From a virus: DNA of 64,000 nt. Under the pieces are notes generated by a model. It made no database searches. It had not been told where the DNA came from and worked only from the letters and a program-made list of their open reading frames with translations. Made by a program: the position numbers and the translations under genes. Location: IMG/VR virus record IMGVR_UViG_3300022752_004330, positions 49,690 through 113,689 of that record. One strand, given 5' to 3'. Of this stretch, positions 10,157 through 20,346 are shown piece by piece; position 1 is the stretch's first letter; each line of letters begins with the position of its first letter.

Positions 10157-10938
10157 TATAAATTGTACCTACCTCTAAAGGCGTCATAGTTTTGAATTAT
10201 TTCATTATCAGTTAATGCTCGATCATATAAAAGAAAAACGCCAAACCTACCAATAAATCTTCCAACTCCCCAATTTACAGCGGTGTTGGCTAATCCTATT
10301 TTTGCAGGTGCATCAGTTGTACTACTGACATATGCACCAAAAGTGCTTACAGATGAAAATACGCCGTTAGTAAACATTGTAACTGTTGCACCGGACTGTC
10401 GCATGCCTATAAATTGCCAACGATTAGCTGTATCTTGTAAACCTGAACTATTTCCTGCTACAGAATTATTTGCCGCAAACATCGTATAGGGATTTCCCGT
10501 ATATGCATTTCCTGGTGTCCCCCCATTGGCATTAATTATGCGCCAACCATTAAAATACCCTGTACCTGTTCCATGAATTATATAACTATCTCCGGAATTA
10601 TTTCCACCAACGCCGAAATTCGTTATGAAATAAGAACAACATAATGAAAAATTTCTACTACTTCCTAGTGAGTTATAATCTATTCCAGAACTCAATTGTA
10701 TATATTGGTACGATGAACCGTCTATTGTAAATGTTCTTTCCGCAGAATTATAGGTCGGAGAATTTACCAAGCTTGCAGTTCTATTATTACCACTGAGATC
10801 AAACCAACTTGTTCCAGACCCAGGATAACTGGTTGAATTGGCAGCATCTAAATACGTTATTAAATTAGAAACTACTGGAGACGGTGGTGCAAGGATATTT
10901 ATAGGACCGAAAAAATTTACACCACCGGATATGTTCAT
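10156..10938 (-). CDS. LamG/concanavalin A-like virion protein
   Basis: YLDAANSTSYPGSGTSWFDLSGN and LYDRALTDNEIIQNY motifs. Confidence 0.8.
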   Translation of the reverse strand: MNISGGVNFFGPINILAPPSPVVSNLITYLDAANSTSYPGSGTSWFDLSGNNRTASLVNSPTYNSAERTFTIDGSSYQYIQLSSGIDYNSLGSSRNFSLCCSYFITNFGVGGNNSGDSYIIHGTGTGYFNGWRIINANGGTPGNAYTGNPYTMFAANNSVAGNSSGLQDTANRWQFIGMRQSGATVTMFTNGVFSSVSTFGAYVSSTTDAPAKIGLANTAVNWGVGRFIGRFGVFLLYDRALTDNEIIQNYDAFRGRYNL

Positions 10939-10967
10939 ATATTTTAAAATCAGTATAATAAATGTAT

Positions 10968-11201
10968 TTAATGTTTTGTGGTAAACCTCGAGATTAACAT
11001 TTCTCTCATCATTTCTAATTCGTCTTTTGATTTTACAATTATTTTAGAATCTAGATCTTCATCATCTTCCCAAAAATGTTTAGGAAAACGTAAGAAAAGG
11101 TAAATGTCTCTCCATGTAGTAGTTACACCTTGGTCAAAACACAACTCAATCACACGAAATATACTATAACTTATTATTTGGTGCAATTGGTTTTCGTTCA
11201 T
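10968..11201 (-). CDS. hypothetical protein
   Basis: 77-aa ORF on coding strand. Confidence 0.55.
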   Translation of the reverse strand: MNENQLHQIISYSIFRVIELCFDQGVTTTWRDIYLFLRFPKHFWEDDEDLDSKIIVKSKDELEMMREMLISRFTTKH

Positions 11202-11365
11202 TTTCTTTTTCTATCTTATCTACAGGATTTTGTGATTGCGACTGATTAATGGGAAATTTTTTGTCCCTAATAAAGCTAGGAGGAAGTGGTTCAGGTCTAC
11301 GTTTAGATCTGAACCATGTCATATTTAACTAACCTTTGAAAGTATATCATAGATTAATATACTTA

Positions 11366-12340
11366 TCATTTGTTTGCCAAAGGATTATCTAGAGCTTTTT
11401 TCAAATCCTCATTAATCTTTTTATCTAGAGCCTTCATTCTTGCATCTATTTCTTTGTTATTAGCAGCTATGGCCTTGGTATTTTCAGCAGACATACGATT
11501 CATTTCTTTAGTTGCATTGTTCAGAGCAAGGTCGGCTTGTTTTTGAATATTCCTTACATCAGCCTTGACCTCTTGTACGGTCTTATCTATTTCTCTTTGC
11601 TGACTCTTATTACTGCTTTCTACTCCTTCTACTACCTTATCCAATCTACGTATGTCATTCTTAAGATCGTTCTTTATATCTCTTGTATACTCTGCTGTTT
11701 TGTCCGATCCTTCTTGCACGGCTTTGAGAGTTTTATTCATGCTTTCTTCAGTCTTGGCCATGTTTTCTTCAATCACTGTGATTCGCTTGTCATAGGTTGA
11801 AAGATCGGGAGCTACATATTTGGCAATTTTCTCCTTCATATCTATATAGCCTTTGTAAACTTCGAAAGCACCATACATACCACCAATAGCAGAACTCAAT
11901 GCAGCAGCGGCAATTCCTATTTTGGCCGGCGTAAATTCAATACCGGCCACGGTCCACACTCTGTTTTTATCAGTTAGTTTTTTAATTTCATCTACTTTTT
12001 TATCTAAATTTATAGTAGCAGGCTTCTCACCGGTAGATGGTACGGCTGTTTGAGTTGTTGAGTTAGCAGGTTTGGTTGTTTGAACAGTTGAAGTTTTTTT
12101 AGGTAACGTTTTTTTACTTTTCGAAGCAGTTGCCTTTTTTCCTTTGACAGCCTTTTTTGTCTTTCCTTTATTAGCCAAGGCCGCAGCTCCAAGAGCACCT
12201 GCTGCTAGTAAGGCTGCATTTGAGCCTTCTTCAGTCTGTTCTTCTTCAGTCTGTTCTTCTTCAGTCTGTTCTTCTTCAGTCTGCTGCTCTTCGTTATTTT
12301 CTTCAGGTTTTTCTTCTGTTTCATCTTTGTCTTTAGACAT
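11366..12340 (-). CDS. membrane-anchored coiled-coil protein
   Basis: Acidic N-terminal repeats, one TM helix, long coiled coil, ends ALDNPLANK. Confidence 0.7.
   Translation of the reverse strand: MSKDKDETEEKPEENNEEQQTEEEQTEEEQTEEEQTEEGSNAALLAAGALGAAALANKGKTKKAVKGKKATASKSKKTLPKKTSTVQTTKPANSTTQTAVPSTGEKPATINLDKKVDEIKKLTDKNRVWTVAGIEFTPAKIGIAAAALSSAIGGMYGAFEVYKGYIDMKEKIAKYVAPDLSTYDKRITVIEENMAKTEESMNKTLKAVQEGSDKTAEYTRDIKNDLKNDIRRLDKVVEGVESSNKSQQREIDKTVQEVKADVRNIQKQADLALNNATKEMNRMSAENTKAIAANNKEIDARMKALDKKINEDLKKALDNPLANK
12226..12285. repeat. 15-bp tandem repeat x4 (EQTEE)
   Basis: cttcttcagtctgtt repeated. Confidence 0.9.
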
Positions 12341-12343
12341 TTT

Positions 12344-14842
12344 TTATCTCCTATACTGCTGTTCTATCATTTCTTGATGCCTTGCATCTTGAGCTAGATT
12401 ACGTAATGCTCTAACATTATCTATTGTACGTTGGTTACGATATATTTCGCGTGGTGTATAAAATGCTGCATCTTTTAACACCAAAGAAGCATAAACATTA
12501 AAACCTTGAGGGGCTAGGGCAATGGTCTCTATACCGATACCACCGGCAAGTTCATTATTGGCTACATTTCTATTCACGCTAGATAATTCTGTTTTTGGCT
12601 GATTAGAATCAGTCATTAATATACGTCCTTCAACTATTGACGTTATTGGATTTGTTCTATTAGTAATGAAATTAGCAGGATTCACTATAGAATCTAATTC
12701 TGTAGTTTTTATTTCAACTGGATTTACCACAGTGGACTGCGTAATAGTACTTGATTCAGGTATTATTACACTGGCAGGTGCGGGCGCTGAATCTGTCATT
12801 GGTATTGTTGGTCTAAACACATTGGTTACCTGCGGACGATTGTCAATTACCGCTAGGTCAACTTGTGGTACAGTCATTAACATTGGTTCTTGCTTAGGTG
12901 TCTGTACTATGTCATTACCCTGTGGTGATTGATAGGGCGTAATTATCGCTGCTACGGTTGTTGTTTGCGTGACAATATTTTGTTGTGGTTCAGGCGCTCT
13001 AACTTGAGAGATCAATGACCCTGTATTTGTAGGTTCGTTAGGCATTACAATTTCTACTGGTGTTGAAGTTTGTCTTTGTGCTATTGATAACTGTGGTTGA
13101 AGTGCAGCAGAAATTGAGCTTAATGTTGTATTGGTAACAGGTCCTAAATTCATCTGCGCTGCCATGGTATTAACACTGTTGGTAGTCATTGGAACATTAG
13201 CAGCTTGAGCGGCGTCAGCAGCAGCATCTGAGGCCGCTGCACCTTGCTGTTGGTTAGCGTCTGCTACAGACACAGCCTCCGATCTTGCGGCATCGGCACG
13301 AGCAATAGCTTCATTTCTAGCATTTTCACTCGCTCTTTGTGCTATAGTTTGCTCTCTACGCTGATTTGCCTGTACAAGACTTAGGGCAAATTGTGTATTG
13401 GATCTAGTCGCAGATGGTTCATTACTGGCACTAGTGTTTACCGCAGTTGCTACATTAACAGAGGGTGTAGCACCGTTGGCATTTTCTATAGTAACAGTGA
13501 TTGCACCGCCTGGGGCAGATGAGCTAGAGCTAGTAGTTGCTGGTGTTAGAGCAGCTATGCGTTCTTGTTGTGCCTTAACATCTGCTATGACTTGAGTCAA
13601 GGTTGATTGAAAATTACTACAATTAGGACTATATAAACCATTAGTGTAACAAGGATCAGGAGTCCAGATAGGCCTAGTCCAACCGACCCAACCAAAATGA
13701 TTCCATACATCACTGGCCCACCATTGAACAGATCCCATGTCTAAACTATTCTTACTTTCAGTGAACAAATGCCTAGAACTAAAACTACCAGCATTATTAT
13801 TACCAGATACATACCATTGATTTTGAAACATAGTAGTATTGTTCTTATCACTTATTCTAAAGTTTATATTACCGCCACCATCGGTACGCCAATCTGTACA
13901 CCAAAACAAAAAGGTATTATAACAAGCACCGTAATTATACCAATTGAATCCGTAGTCGTAGCCGTGCAATACCACACCTCCGCCAATGTGTGGCAAGGAT
14001 TGAGCTATGTTATAACTATAATAAAATGTTGGACTTTTGGCTCCTTGTAGAACATTAGAAAATCCGGCACAACTGGAATTAAATGCAGGATTTAATATAC
14101 AAGGATCTACACTATATATGGCACGGATGTATGCGTCTTTTACTTGAGGTCCATAACAGTTTGGATTACATGCCCAAAATCCCTGGTCACTTCCAATGAT
14201 TTCATAATTTACAGCACCGGCCTGAGCTAAAGGTTTTGCCCCAGCAAAGGTAACTGTTTGTGATAAAGTTTGCCAGCTGGGGTTATAGGGACTATTACCA
14301 TCGTTTATGTTTTTAAGCCCTAACTGATGTGTATAAAAAGTAGGGGAACCTGTCGATGGATAGTAACCAACTTCCACTCTTAGATTGTCCTGTGTTGGAT
14401 TGGCAATAAACCCTGCCTGAGCTGTTCCATCACAATTAGTTCCTATGCTATTAGCACAGGGAAATCTATATTTTAAGCCATACATGAATCCAGTAACAAA
14501 CACTGCACTAGAGTTTAAATATCCATGATTAAAACTACTTAAATTGACACTAGGGTTTTGGCCGAGTGATTCTACACCATAACCAAAAGTATAGCCATCT
14601 ACACCAAATGAACCCCCTGGACTGACCGGTGTCCAGGTAGGGCTACCAGTTGTTACAGTCCATCCCGACACCGATGATATAGAACCATTTGATATAAGAT
14701 TGCCTGTTACACTATCAATACTATAACCACTAGGCGTGTTAGGCGAAGTCTGAGCATAGACAGCACCCAAAGCCATGACGATGATAATTAAAAGGAAGAT
14801 TAAAAATCCTCGAGTATGCTTATACCCGTAGTTTGGTTCCAT
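12344..14842 (-). CDS. large exported hypothetical protein
   Basis: N-terminal TM/signal, two DPC-x-N-x-C motifs, low-complexity stalk. Confidence 0.7.
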   Translation of the reverse strand: MEPNYGYKHTRGFLIFLLIIIVMALGAVYAQTSPNTPSGYSIDSVTGNLISNGSISSVSGWTVTTGSPTWTPVSPGGSFGVDGYTFGYGVESLGQNPSVNLSSFNHGYLNSSAVFVTGFMYGLKYRFPCANSIGTNCDGTAQAGFIANPTQDNLRVEVGYYPSTGSPTFYTHQLGLKNINDGNSPYNPSWQTLSQTVTFAGAKPLAQAGAVNYEIIGSDQGFWACNPNCYGPQVKDAYIRAIYSVDPCILNPAFNSSCAGFSNVLQGAKSPTFYYSYNIAQSLPHIGGGVVLHGYDYGFNWYNYGACYNTFLFWCTDWRTDGGGNINFRISDKNNTTMFQNQWYVSGNNNAGSFSSRHLFTESKNSLDMGSVQWWASDVWNHFGWVGWTRPIWTPDPCYTNGLYSPNCSNFQSTLTQVIADVKAQQERIAALTPATTSSSSSAPGGAITVTIENANGATPSVNVATAVNTSASNEPSATRSNTQFALSLVQANQRREQTIAQRASENARNEAIARADAARSEAVSVADANQQQGAAASDAAADAAQAANVPMTTNSVNTMAAQMNLGPVTNTTLSSISAALQPQLSIAQRQTSTPVEIVMPNEPTNTGSLISQVRAPEPQQNIVTQTTTVAAIITPYQSPQGNDIVQTPKQEPMLMTVPQVDLAVIDNRPQVTNVFRPTIPMTDSAPAPASVIIPESSTITQSTVVNPVEIKTTELDSIVNPANFITNRTNPITSIVEGRILMTDSNQPKTELSSVNRNVANNELAGGIGIETIALAPQGFNVYASLVLKDAAFYTPREIYRNQRTIDNVRALRNLAQDARHQEMIEQQYRR

Positions 14843-16311
14843 TATTTTTCAGCCACAACCTGCTTTGGTATTAGATCTGGGTTCTTGGACCAAAACTCTC
14901 TAGCCTGCTCACCTATTAATCCGTTTACAGGGCATGGTGTACCTGCTGCCATCATAGCGTCCCATACACGACGATCCTGACACATGGTAGCCACAGCAGC
15001 CACTTTCATACCCATGTCGTATAGAGTCTTGCTGAGTTTCAATCTTTCACAATTCATGTCACGATTGGTAGCGCCAAAACTGATACCTAATACCTGTGTT
15101 TGAGCAGCTCCAGAAACACCGGTTACACATAGGTCTGTGCCCATGCTCATCATGGCAGGAGCAATAGCAGTTGGTGGTGGTTGTATTACCTTTTGTGTAA
15201 TTTCACTCTTGTTTATATTGGTGTTGACATTGTCAGTTTTTACCGTTTGGTCACTGGTACTTACACTGGTGCTAACATTGTTGTTATTATTGGTGCTGAC
15301 ACTGGTTGAGTTATTGATGTTACGGTTAGTCATGTCGCCAGTTTGAATATTGTTATTAGTGTTAGTGCTTTGACTGGTAGTAGTAGCTGTGGTGGTGTTG
15401 ATGTTACGATTGGTCATGTCGCCAGTTTGAATATTGTTATTGGTATTAGTAGAAGTTGCGGTGCTAGTTGAATTGTTTATGTTCCGATTGGTCATGTCGC
15501 CAGTTTGTATATTGTTGTTGGTGTTGACAGCCGTACTGGTGCTAGTTGAATTGTTTATATTACGGTACGTCATGTCACCAGTTTGAACATTATTATTGGT
15601 ACTAGTATTAGTGTTGACATTGTTGTTATTATAAGTCACTGTACCACTCATGATATTTCTGTTAGTATTATCACTTGAAGTTACATTGTTATTATTATAA
15701 GTCATTGTGCCAGAATTGATATTGTTGTTTGTATTCACTGTGGTAGCGGTACTTGTGCTGGCATTGTTGTTATTATAAGTCATTGTTCCAGAATTAATAT
15801 TATTGTTGATATTGGTAGTGGTGGCGGTACTAGTACTGGTATTGGTGTTGACGTTATTATTGTTATTCGTCATTGTTCCTGAATTAACGTTGTTATTATT
15901 ATAGGTAACTGTACCTGAATTAACATTATTATTGTTATAGGTCATTGTGCCAGAATTGGTATTTTGGTTAATATTTGTTAACGTACCGCTTTGAATATTG
16001 TTATTTGTATTAACGTTGGTACTGGTACTGGTATTATTGTTATTGTTGGTATTCGTGCTAGTGCTATTCACAGTACTTGTAGAAGTGTTTGTACTAGTGC
16101 TGGTGCTGAAATTGTTAGTGGTTACTGCACTGGTGCTGTTACTGGTTGAGTTAGTGTCAACCAAACTCTTGCTATCGTAAGTCCCCTGATTAATTGGGTT
16201 TATTGTACTAGTGGTTGTGCCACTTGTGGTGCTTTGAGTGCTTGTATTCTGTGCTTGAACTATTCCAGCAGTCAGTAATAATATCACAAGTGATATTAGT
16301 TTCTTGATCAT
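14842..16311 (-). CDS. exported Asn/Thr-repeat protein with Cys-rich C-terminal domain
   Basis: Signal peptide; NNNIQTGDMTNRNIN and NSGTMTYNNNN repeats; NCERLKLSKTLYDMGMKVAAV domain. Confidence 0.75.
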   Translation of the reverse strand: MIKKLISLVILLLTAGIVQAQNTSTQSTTSGTTTSTINPINQGTYDSKSLVDTNSTSNSTSAVTTNNFSTSTSTNTSTSTVNSTSTNTNNNNNTSTSTNVNTNNNIQSGTLTNINQNTNSGTMTYNNNNVNSGTVTYNNNNVNSGTMTNNNNNVNTNTSTSTATTTNINNNINSGTMTYNNNNASTSTATTVNTNNNINSGTMTYNNNNVTSSDNTNRNIMSGTVTYNNNNVNTNTSTNNNVQTGDMTYRNINNSTSTSTAVNTNNNIQTGDMTNRNINNSTSTATSTNTNNNIQTGDMTNRNINTTTATTTSQSTNTNNNIQTGDMTNRNINNSTSVSTNNNNNVSTSVSTSDQTVKTDNVNTNINKSEITQKVIQPPPTAIAPAMMSMGTDLCVTGVSGAAQTQVLGISFGATNRDMNCERLKLSKTLYDMGMKVAAVATMCQDRRVWDAMMAAGTPCPVNGLIGEQAREFWSKNPDLIPKQVVAEK

Positions 16312-16384
16312 TTTCGCTCCGTATCAAAAAAATTGCACTATTATTTAAGCCAAAATCTAGGTAAAATAACTATGTATATTAGAT

Positions 16385-16759
16385 CTAAGTATATTTGAGG
16401 ATAAAATATGCAATAAACAAGTAAGTTACCTGATGAGCTAACTGATCTGCCCCAAATTCTGACCAATAACGACTAGTTTGTTGATCTTTTGTACCATATT
16501 TTACCTTAAGATAATCTATATGGTAATGAGCTATACCTTCAAAAATACTTACAAATAATATTATTAATGGGTTTATTGGATGAATTAAATTAAATGCAAC
16601 CAGTGCAATAATAGTGTAAAGCATATGGTCTAAACTATGACTAACTCCTACAAGATCGCCATATGATCCTTTTTTAATGGTTTGGTCATAGGTTTGAATA
16701 CAGAAATCAGCATACCAATGCTTGACATTTAGGAAAAATAAGAGCAGCAGGTATTCCAT
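16385..16759 (-). CDS. DUF3307-like membrane protein
   Basis: KHWYADF, H..DH, HYHIDYLK, DQLAH motifs. Confidence 0.75.
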   Translation of the reverse strand: MEYLLLLFFLNVKHWYADFCIQTYDQTIKKGSYGDLVGVSHSLDHMLYTIIALVAFNLIHPINPLIILFVSIFEGIAHYHIDYLKVKYGTKDQQTSRYWSEFGADQLAHQVTYLFIAYFILKYT

Positions 16760-16786
16760 ACTGCTATTTATATACTACTTTATTTA

Positions 16787-18268
16787 CTAATTAAAAGTAG
16801 CAGCCATAGGAACCTTACTCTGTTGCAGTGCTGCATTTTGGTTAAATTGTGCGGGAGTTTGTAGTTCTGGCTTGTTTTTGTCTTGTTTAAAAGTTTTTGG
16901 TTTAGGTGTTATAGAGACTAATTCGTCCAACATTTCACCAGATTCAAAATAGTTTCGCATATATCCACCTGTTACCTGACTTCTAAATTGGCAAAGTTTT
17001 ACAGGTTTTTGATTAACATTGGCTACATCTGGCCTAACAAATATCTGTATAGTCCTTCCTCTGCCTTTAGAAGGTACTTTTACAGCGAATAGGTCCAAGG
17101 ATTTCATTGCATCTACAAGACTATCACTGTATCTTAAGATTTTATATGCGCCGCTAGGAATAGTATCGTTTACCTTAACAATCTCTACGTCTTCTAAACT
17201 TTCGCCTCTAGCAAATATATTAGCAGCATTGGCTAATTGTTTAACTATTTGTGACTCTTTACCAGGATTTTGCATTTTCATTAGTGCATCTATCTTCGGG
17301 AATAAAACAGTGTCATAAAGTTTGAATAAGTTAGCTTCTAATTTTTCTTTGCTAAGTTTAGGATCAAACAATGCCTGTTTATCGGATAGGTCAATATTAA
17401 ACCCGGTTTTAAAGAAATATTGTATTGCATCAAAACTTAGTCCCGAACGCTGACCTAATGTAGCAGACGAACTAGTTTTTAAACTTAATAAAGATACCTT
17501 ACTGCCGTCTATAGTCAACACCATATCGGCCTTGGTGCCTTTTGAGTCGCTTGTTCCATCTGATTTAATTTCTACTAAATTAGTATTAGGATCTTTCATT
17601 ACCCGTGCTACAGCAGCATCTACACTGTCTGATTCATTAACATAACGAACGACACCTTGTAATATACTGGCTAGATCTCCGGGTAGTGGTCCTACTCCAT
17701 AGTCCATTAAAGCCTGAGCACTCTTAGCAGGAATTACAGCAAGAAAGTTTAAATTATCTGGTTTAGATTTAGTTGTATATTGAATTGTTTTTTCAACTTG
17801 AAAGTCCATAGTGCTGCGAGATTCAGCAAACTCCGGGCTTGCTTCGAACATCATTCTTCTTACTTGATCGCTAGAGACGTCTCTGTTTTGATTAATAAAC
17901 CTTGCCGCTACTGCTAACCCCATGAATAATTCATTCAGGTGTCCTGCGTTATAAAGTTTCTTGCCCATTAAACCAGTAAATGCGCCGCTTTTAAATATAG
18001 CACCCCAAGATCCTTTGACAGTTTTTCCATTACTTAAAATGAATTCTGGCGTGGCATTAAGGTCACCTCCGCCTACAAAATTAATTAGATTATCTACAGT
18101 ATCTCTTGTTAACTCAACTGTATTCCCATATGTGCCTCGCTTGTTAGGCACAATTTCGACAGGACCTTTATCTGCTAGGTTGGCTAAAATTTCCGCATAT
18201 TTTCTGCCATGTTTAAGTAATTCAGATTGGCTTAATCCTGCTTCGTATAAAAAATCACGGGCTCGCAT
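16787..18268 (-). CDS. putative head-internal protein with PD-(D/E)xK-like motif
   Basis: MRARDFLYE leader; KADMVL...LSLK motif; ATAAATA 7 nt upstream. Confidence 0.55.
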   Translation of the reverse strand: MRARDFLYEAGLSQSELLKHGRKYAEILANLADKGPVEIVPNKRGTYGNTVELTRDTVDNLINFVGGGDLNATPEFILSNGKTVKGSWGAIFKSGAFTGLMGKKLYNAGHLNELFMGLAVAARFINQNRDVSSDQVRRMMFEASPEFAESRSTMDFQVEKTIQYTTKSKPDNLNFLAVIPAKSAQALMDYGVGPLPGDLASILQGVVRYVNESDSVDAAVARVMKDPNTNLVEIKSDGTSDSKGTKADMVLTIDGSKVSLLSLKTSSSATLGQRSGLSFDAIQYFFKTGFNIDLSDKQALFDPKLSKEKLEANLFKLYDTVLFPKIDALMKMQNPGKESQIVKQLANAANIFARGESLEDVEIVKVNDTIPSGAYKILRYSDSLVDAMKSLDLFAVKVPSKGRGRTIQIFVRPDVANVNQKPVKLCQFRSQVTGGYMRNYFESGEMLDELVSITPKPKTFKQDKNKPELQTPAQFNQNAALQQSKVPMAATFN

Positions 18269-18278
18269 AATAGAATAT

Positions 18279-18950
18279 TTATGCTGTTTCCGGAAAGAGA
18301 ATTTCGTCTACAAACTGCTTAATTATAGATTCTTGTACACCCATAGCTATCATACTTTTTATGACTTGTGGATTTTGTTTTTGGTAATAACAATAACGAT
18401 CCTGTGCCATGTGAAAATCTGCACCACAGGTCTGTGTAAGGCCTACATTAGCTAGATAGAAATCTAGTGATTTTTTAGCAGTTTCACATAACAAATCAAT
18501 TTCTTTTTCATCACTGATATTACCTGCTGCTATCATTGAAGGACTAAAAATTTGTCTAGCCCAATCCGGTAGTGTTCTAGGTTTAGTCCATTCTAAAGAT
18601 TCTACGTGTTTTGTGAACCACAACATCATGTCATGATTTCTATCCCCAGCTGCGCTAAAATCATGAAAGGCTCCTGTGATTTTATTACGGCCGCATATAA
18701 CATCAAATCCCCAAATAGGACTAGGATCGTTGTAATGTGGGAATATTGTAGAATGTAAAATGTAGATTCCATGCGAATCACGCTTGTCTACTATTTCTAT
18801 GTGTGCTCTACGATATCTTAGACTAGACCAAAGTGTATTTTCCCAATCGTAATTTTCGTTGAGTTTACCCTCTATTGCATCACCTGTGTCGTTAAATCTC
18901 TTTTCTAAATATCGTGCTAATTCTTCAATTTTGTTCCAAATCACTGTCAT
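18279..18950 (-). CDS. ferredoxin-dependent bilin reductase (PcyA/PcyX-like)
   Basis: RRAHIE, LHSTIFP, PIWGFD, AFHDFS, LPDWARQIFS, QDRYCYYQKQNP; adjacent to heme oxygenase. Confidence 0.85.
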   Translation of the reverse strand: MTVIWNKIEELARYLEKRFNDTGDAIEGKLNENYDWENTLWSSLRYRRAHIEIVDKRDSHGIYILHSTIFPHYNDPSPIWGFDVICGRNKITGAFHDFSAAGDRNHDMMLWFTKHVESLEWTKPRTLPDWARQIFSPSMIAAGNISDEKEIDLLCETAKKSLDFYLANVGLTQTCGADFHMAQDRYCYYQKQNPQVIKSMIAMGVQESIIKQFVDEILFPETA

Positions 18951-19467
18951 AGACCCTCATCATTTTTATTGCCCAGTCAAAGGCTGTGTTTGCTTCGTCT
19001 GCAAGACTGTCATCTAATTTGGCTCTAAGATTTGTCATAAGTTCTTTAGGATTATCAAATTCTAAACTAAGGTGAGATCCCGGTACAATACGTTTAATTG
19101 CCTGACCTCCAAACATATCTCCCATATGCCACGTATATAAATGTGCTAGAATCTTTCTAGCATTGTGTTGAATTGATTTGATATAATCATGGTATGCAAT
19201 AGTGGTAGGACGTATTTCGTATACTTTTAAATCACTATTATTAGCATTAAAATCTTGAGCCAGAGCAGGTGCTCTAGTTATTCCTCTAAGATCTTCTAAT
19301 AGCAAATTTTTTAGAGCGGCAGTTTCTATTGTATTGTAGAAAATTGCCTTTTGATATGTCCAGTCGGTCCACAAAGTTAAAGGCAGGGTCCTTGCGAACA
19401 CTGCCTTCATAAACGATGTAGACTCTGCTTCTTTGTGCTTATCAGCAGTTAAATCCTTTAGAGCCAT
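18925..19467 (-). CDS. heme oxygenase
   Basis: LKDLTADKHKEAE proximal His; AHLYTWHMGDMFGGQ; EANTAF. Confidence 0.9.
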   Translation of the reverse strand: MALKDLTADKHKEAESTSFMKAVFARTLPLTLWTDWTYQKAIFYNTIETAALKNLLLEDLRGITRAPALAQDFNANNSDLKVYEIRPTTIAYHDYIKSIQHNARKILAHLYTWHMGDMFGGQAIKRIVPGSHLSLEFDNPKELMTNLRAKLDDSLADEANTAFDWAIKMMRVYDSDLEQN

Positions 19468-19475
19468 TTAGTTTC

Positions 19476-19784
19476 TCATTCTGGTTCTATCTTAATTACC
19501 AAAGGAAAGTTATTTGCTCTGGCAAGATTGGATGCATCTTGTTCTTTTTGCTCGGCAATTTCAAAGGGATAAATCCCTGCTACTCCGCTGCCTGAATGAT
19601 GAACTTCCATAGTTATTTGCATGGCTCTATCTTGTGTATGCCTAAACACAGTTATAAGAACACTGACAACGAACTCCATTGGCGTGACATCATCGTTACA
19701 AAAAATAACTTTAAATTTACCAGGTTCTTTAATTTTGTCAATTTGTTTTGCTTTTTTTACAACTTTTTCTGTAATAGGTTCCAT
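19476..19784 (-). CDS. clpS: Clp protease adaptor ClpS
   Basis: KVIFCNDDVTPMEFVV, MEVHHSG, EIAEQK, FPL. Confidence 0.92.
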   Translation of the reverse strand: MEPITEKVVKKAKQIDKIKEPGKFKVIFCNDDVTPMEFVVSVLITVFRHTQDRAMQITMEVHHSGSGVAGIYPFEIAEQKEQDASNLARANNFPLVIKIEPE

Positions 19785-19802
19785 AGATTTTATCCAGGTA
19801 AT

Positions 19803-19827
19803 AGTGGGGGGCGATATCCCCCACTAA
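19803..19827 (-). terminator. GC-rich hairpin after hsp20
   Basis: TAGTGGGGG...CCCCACTA inverted repeat. Confidence 0.5.
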
Positions 19828-19838
19828 TATTTAACACA

Positions 19839-20264
19839 TCAGTTAATATTAATAATTCTAGGTTTTAAAGATTCTGGAATTTGTCTATTAACCTGAATGG
19901 TTAGGATACCATCTTTACAAGTGGCTTCTCCCACAATCATATGTGCTTCAAGAGTGAAAACTCTTTCGAAATCTCTAGTAGCTAACCCTCTATGTAGATA
20001 TTGTTTGCTATCAGTTTCTTCTTCTTTTTTCTTTCCAATAATACTTAATTGGTCTTGATCTACTTGGATAGTAATATCTTCTTTGTTGAACCCTGCAATG
20101 GCAATTTCAATTAAAAAAGTGTCATTTTCAGTTTTACAAATATTATACGGGGGATAGTTACTGGCAGAATGTTGCCAACGATTTTCAAAATCGTTAAAAA
20201 TTCTATCGAACCCGATAAGTGCTTTGTTAAAAGCATTTGTGTCAATACGCATTAATTGTGTCAT
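19839..20264 (-). CDS. small heat shock protein (IbpA/Hsp20)
   Basis: IGFDR, NYPPYNI, EIAIAGF, YLHRGLA.RDFER.F, DGILTI. Confidence 0.92.
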   Translation of the reverse strand: MTQLMRIDTNAFNKALIGFDRIFNDFENRWQHSASNYPPYNICKTENDTFLIEIAIAGFNKEDITIQVDQDQLSIIGKKKEEETDSKQYLHRGLATRDFERVFTLEAHMIVGEATCKDGILTIQVNRQIPESLKPRIININ

Positions 20265-20317
20265 AATTTTCTCCTTTTATTAAGCAAGATAATTGCGGCC
20301 TCACCTGAGCGCCGCAG
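20262..20317 (-). promoter_or_regulatory. ROSE-like RNA thermometer in hsp20 leader
   Basis: GCGGC...GCCGC hairpin then TCTTGCT-TAATAAA-AGGAGA (UUGCU pairing with the SD). Confidence 0.7.
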
Positions 20318-20346
20318 TTTTATTTTAAACTAACTGTGTCTGTCTG

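Noticed and set aside
15280-16150. CRISPR array or non-coding repeat
   Set aside because: Repeats are degenerate, in frame and encode N/T-rich protein units; no constant repeat with unique spacers and no cas genes
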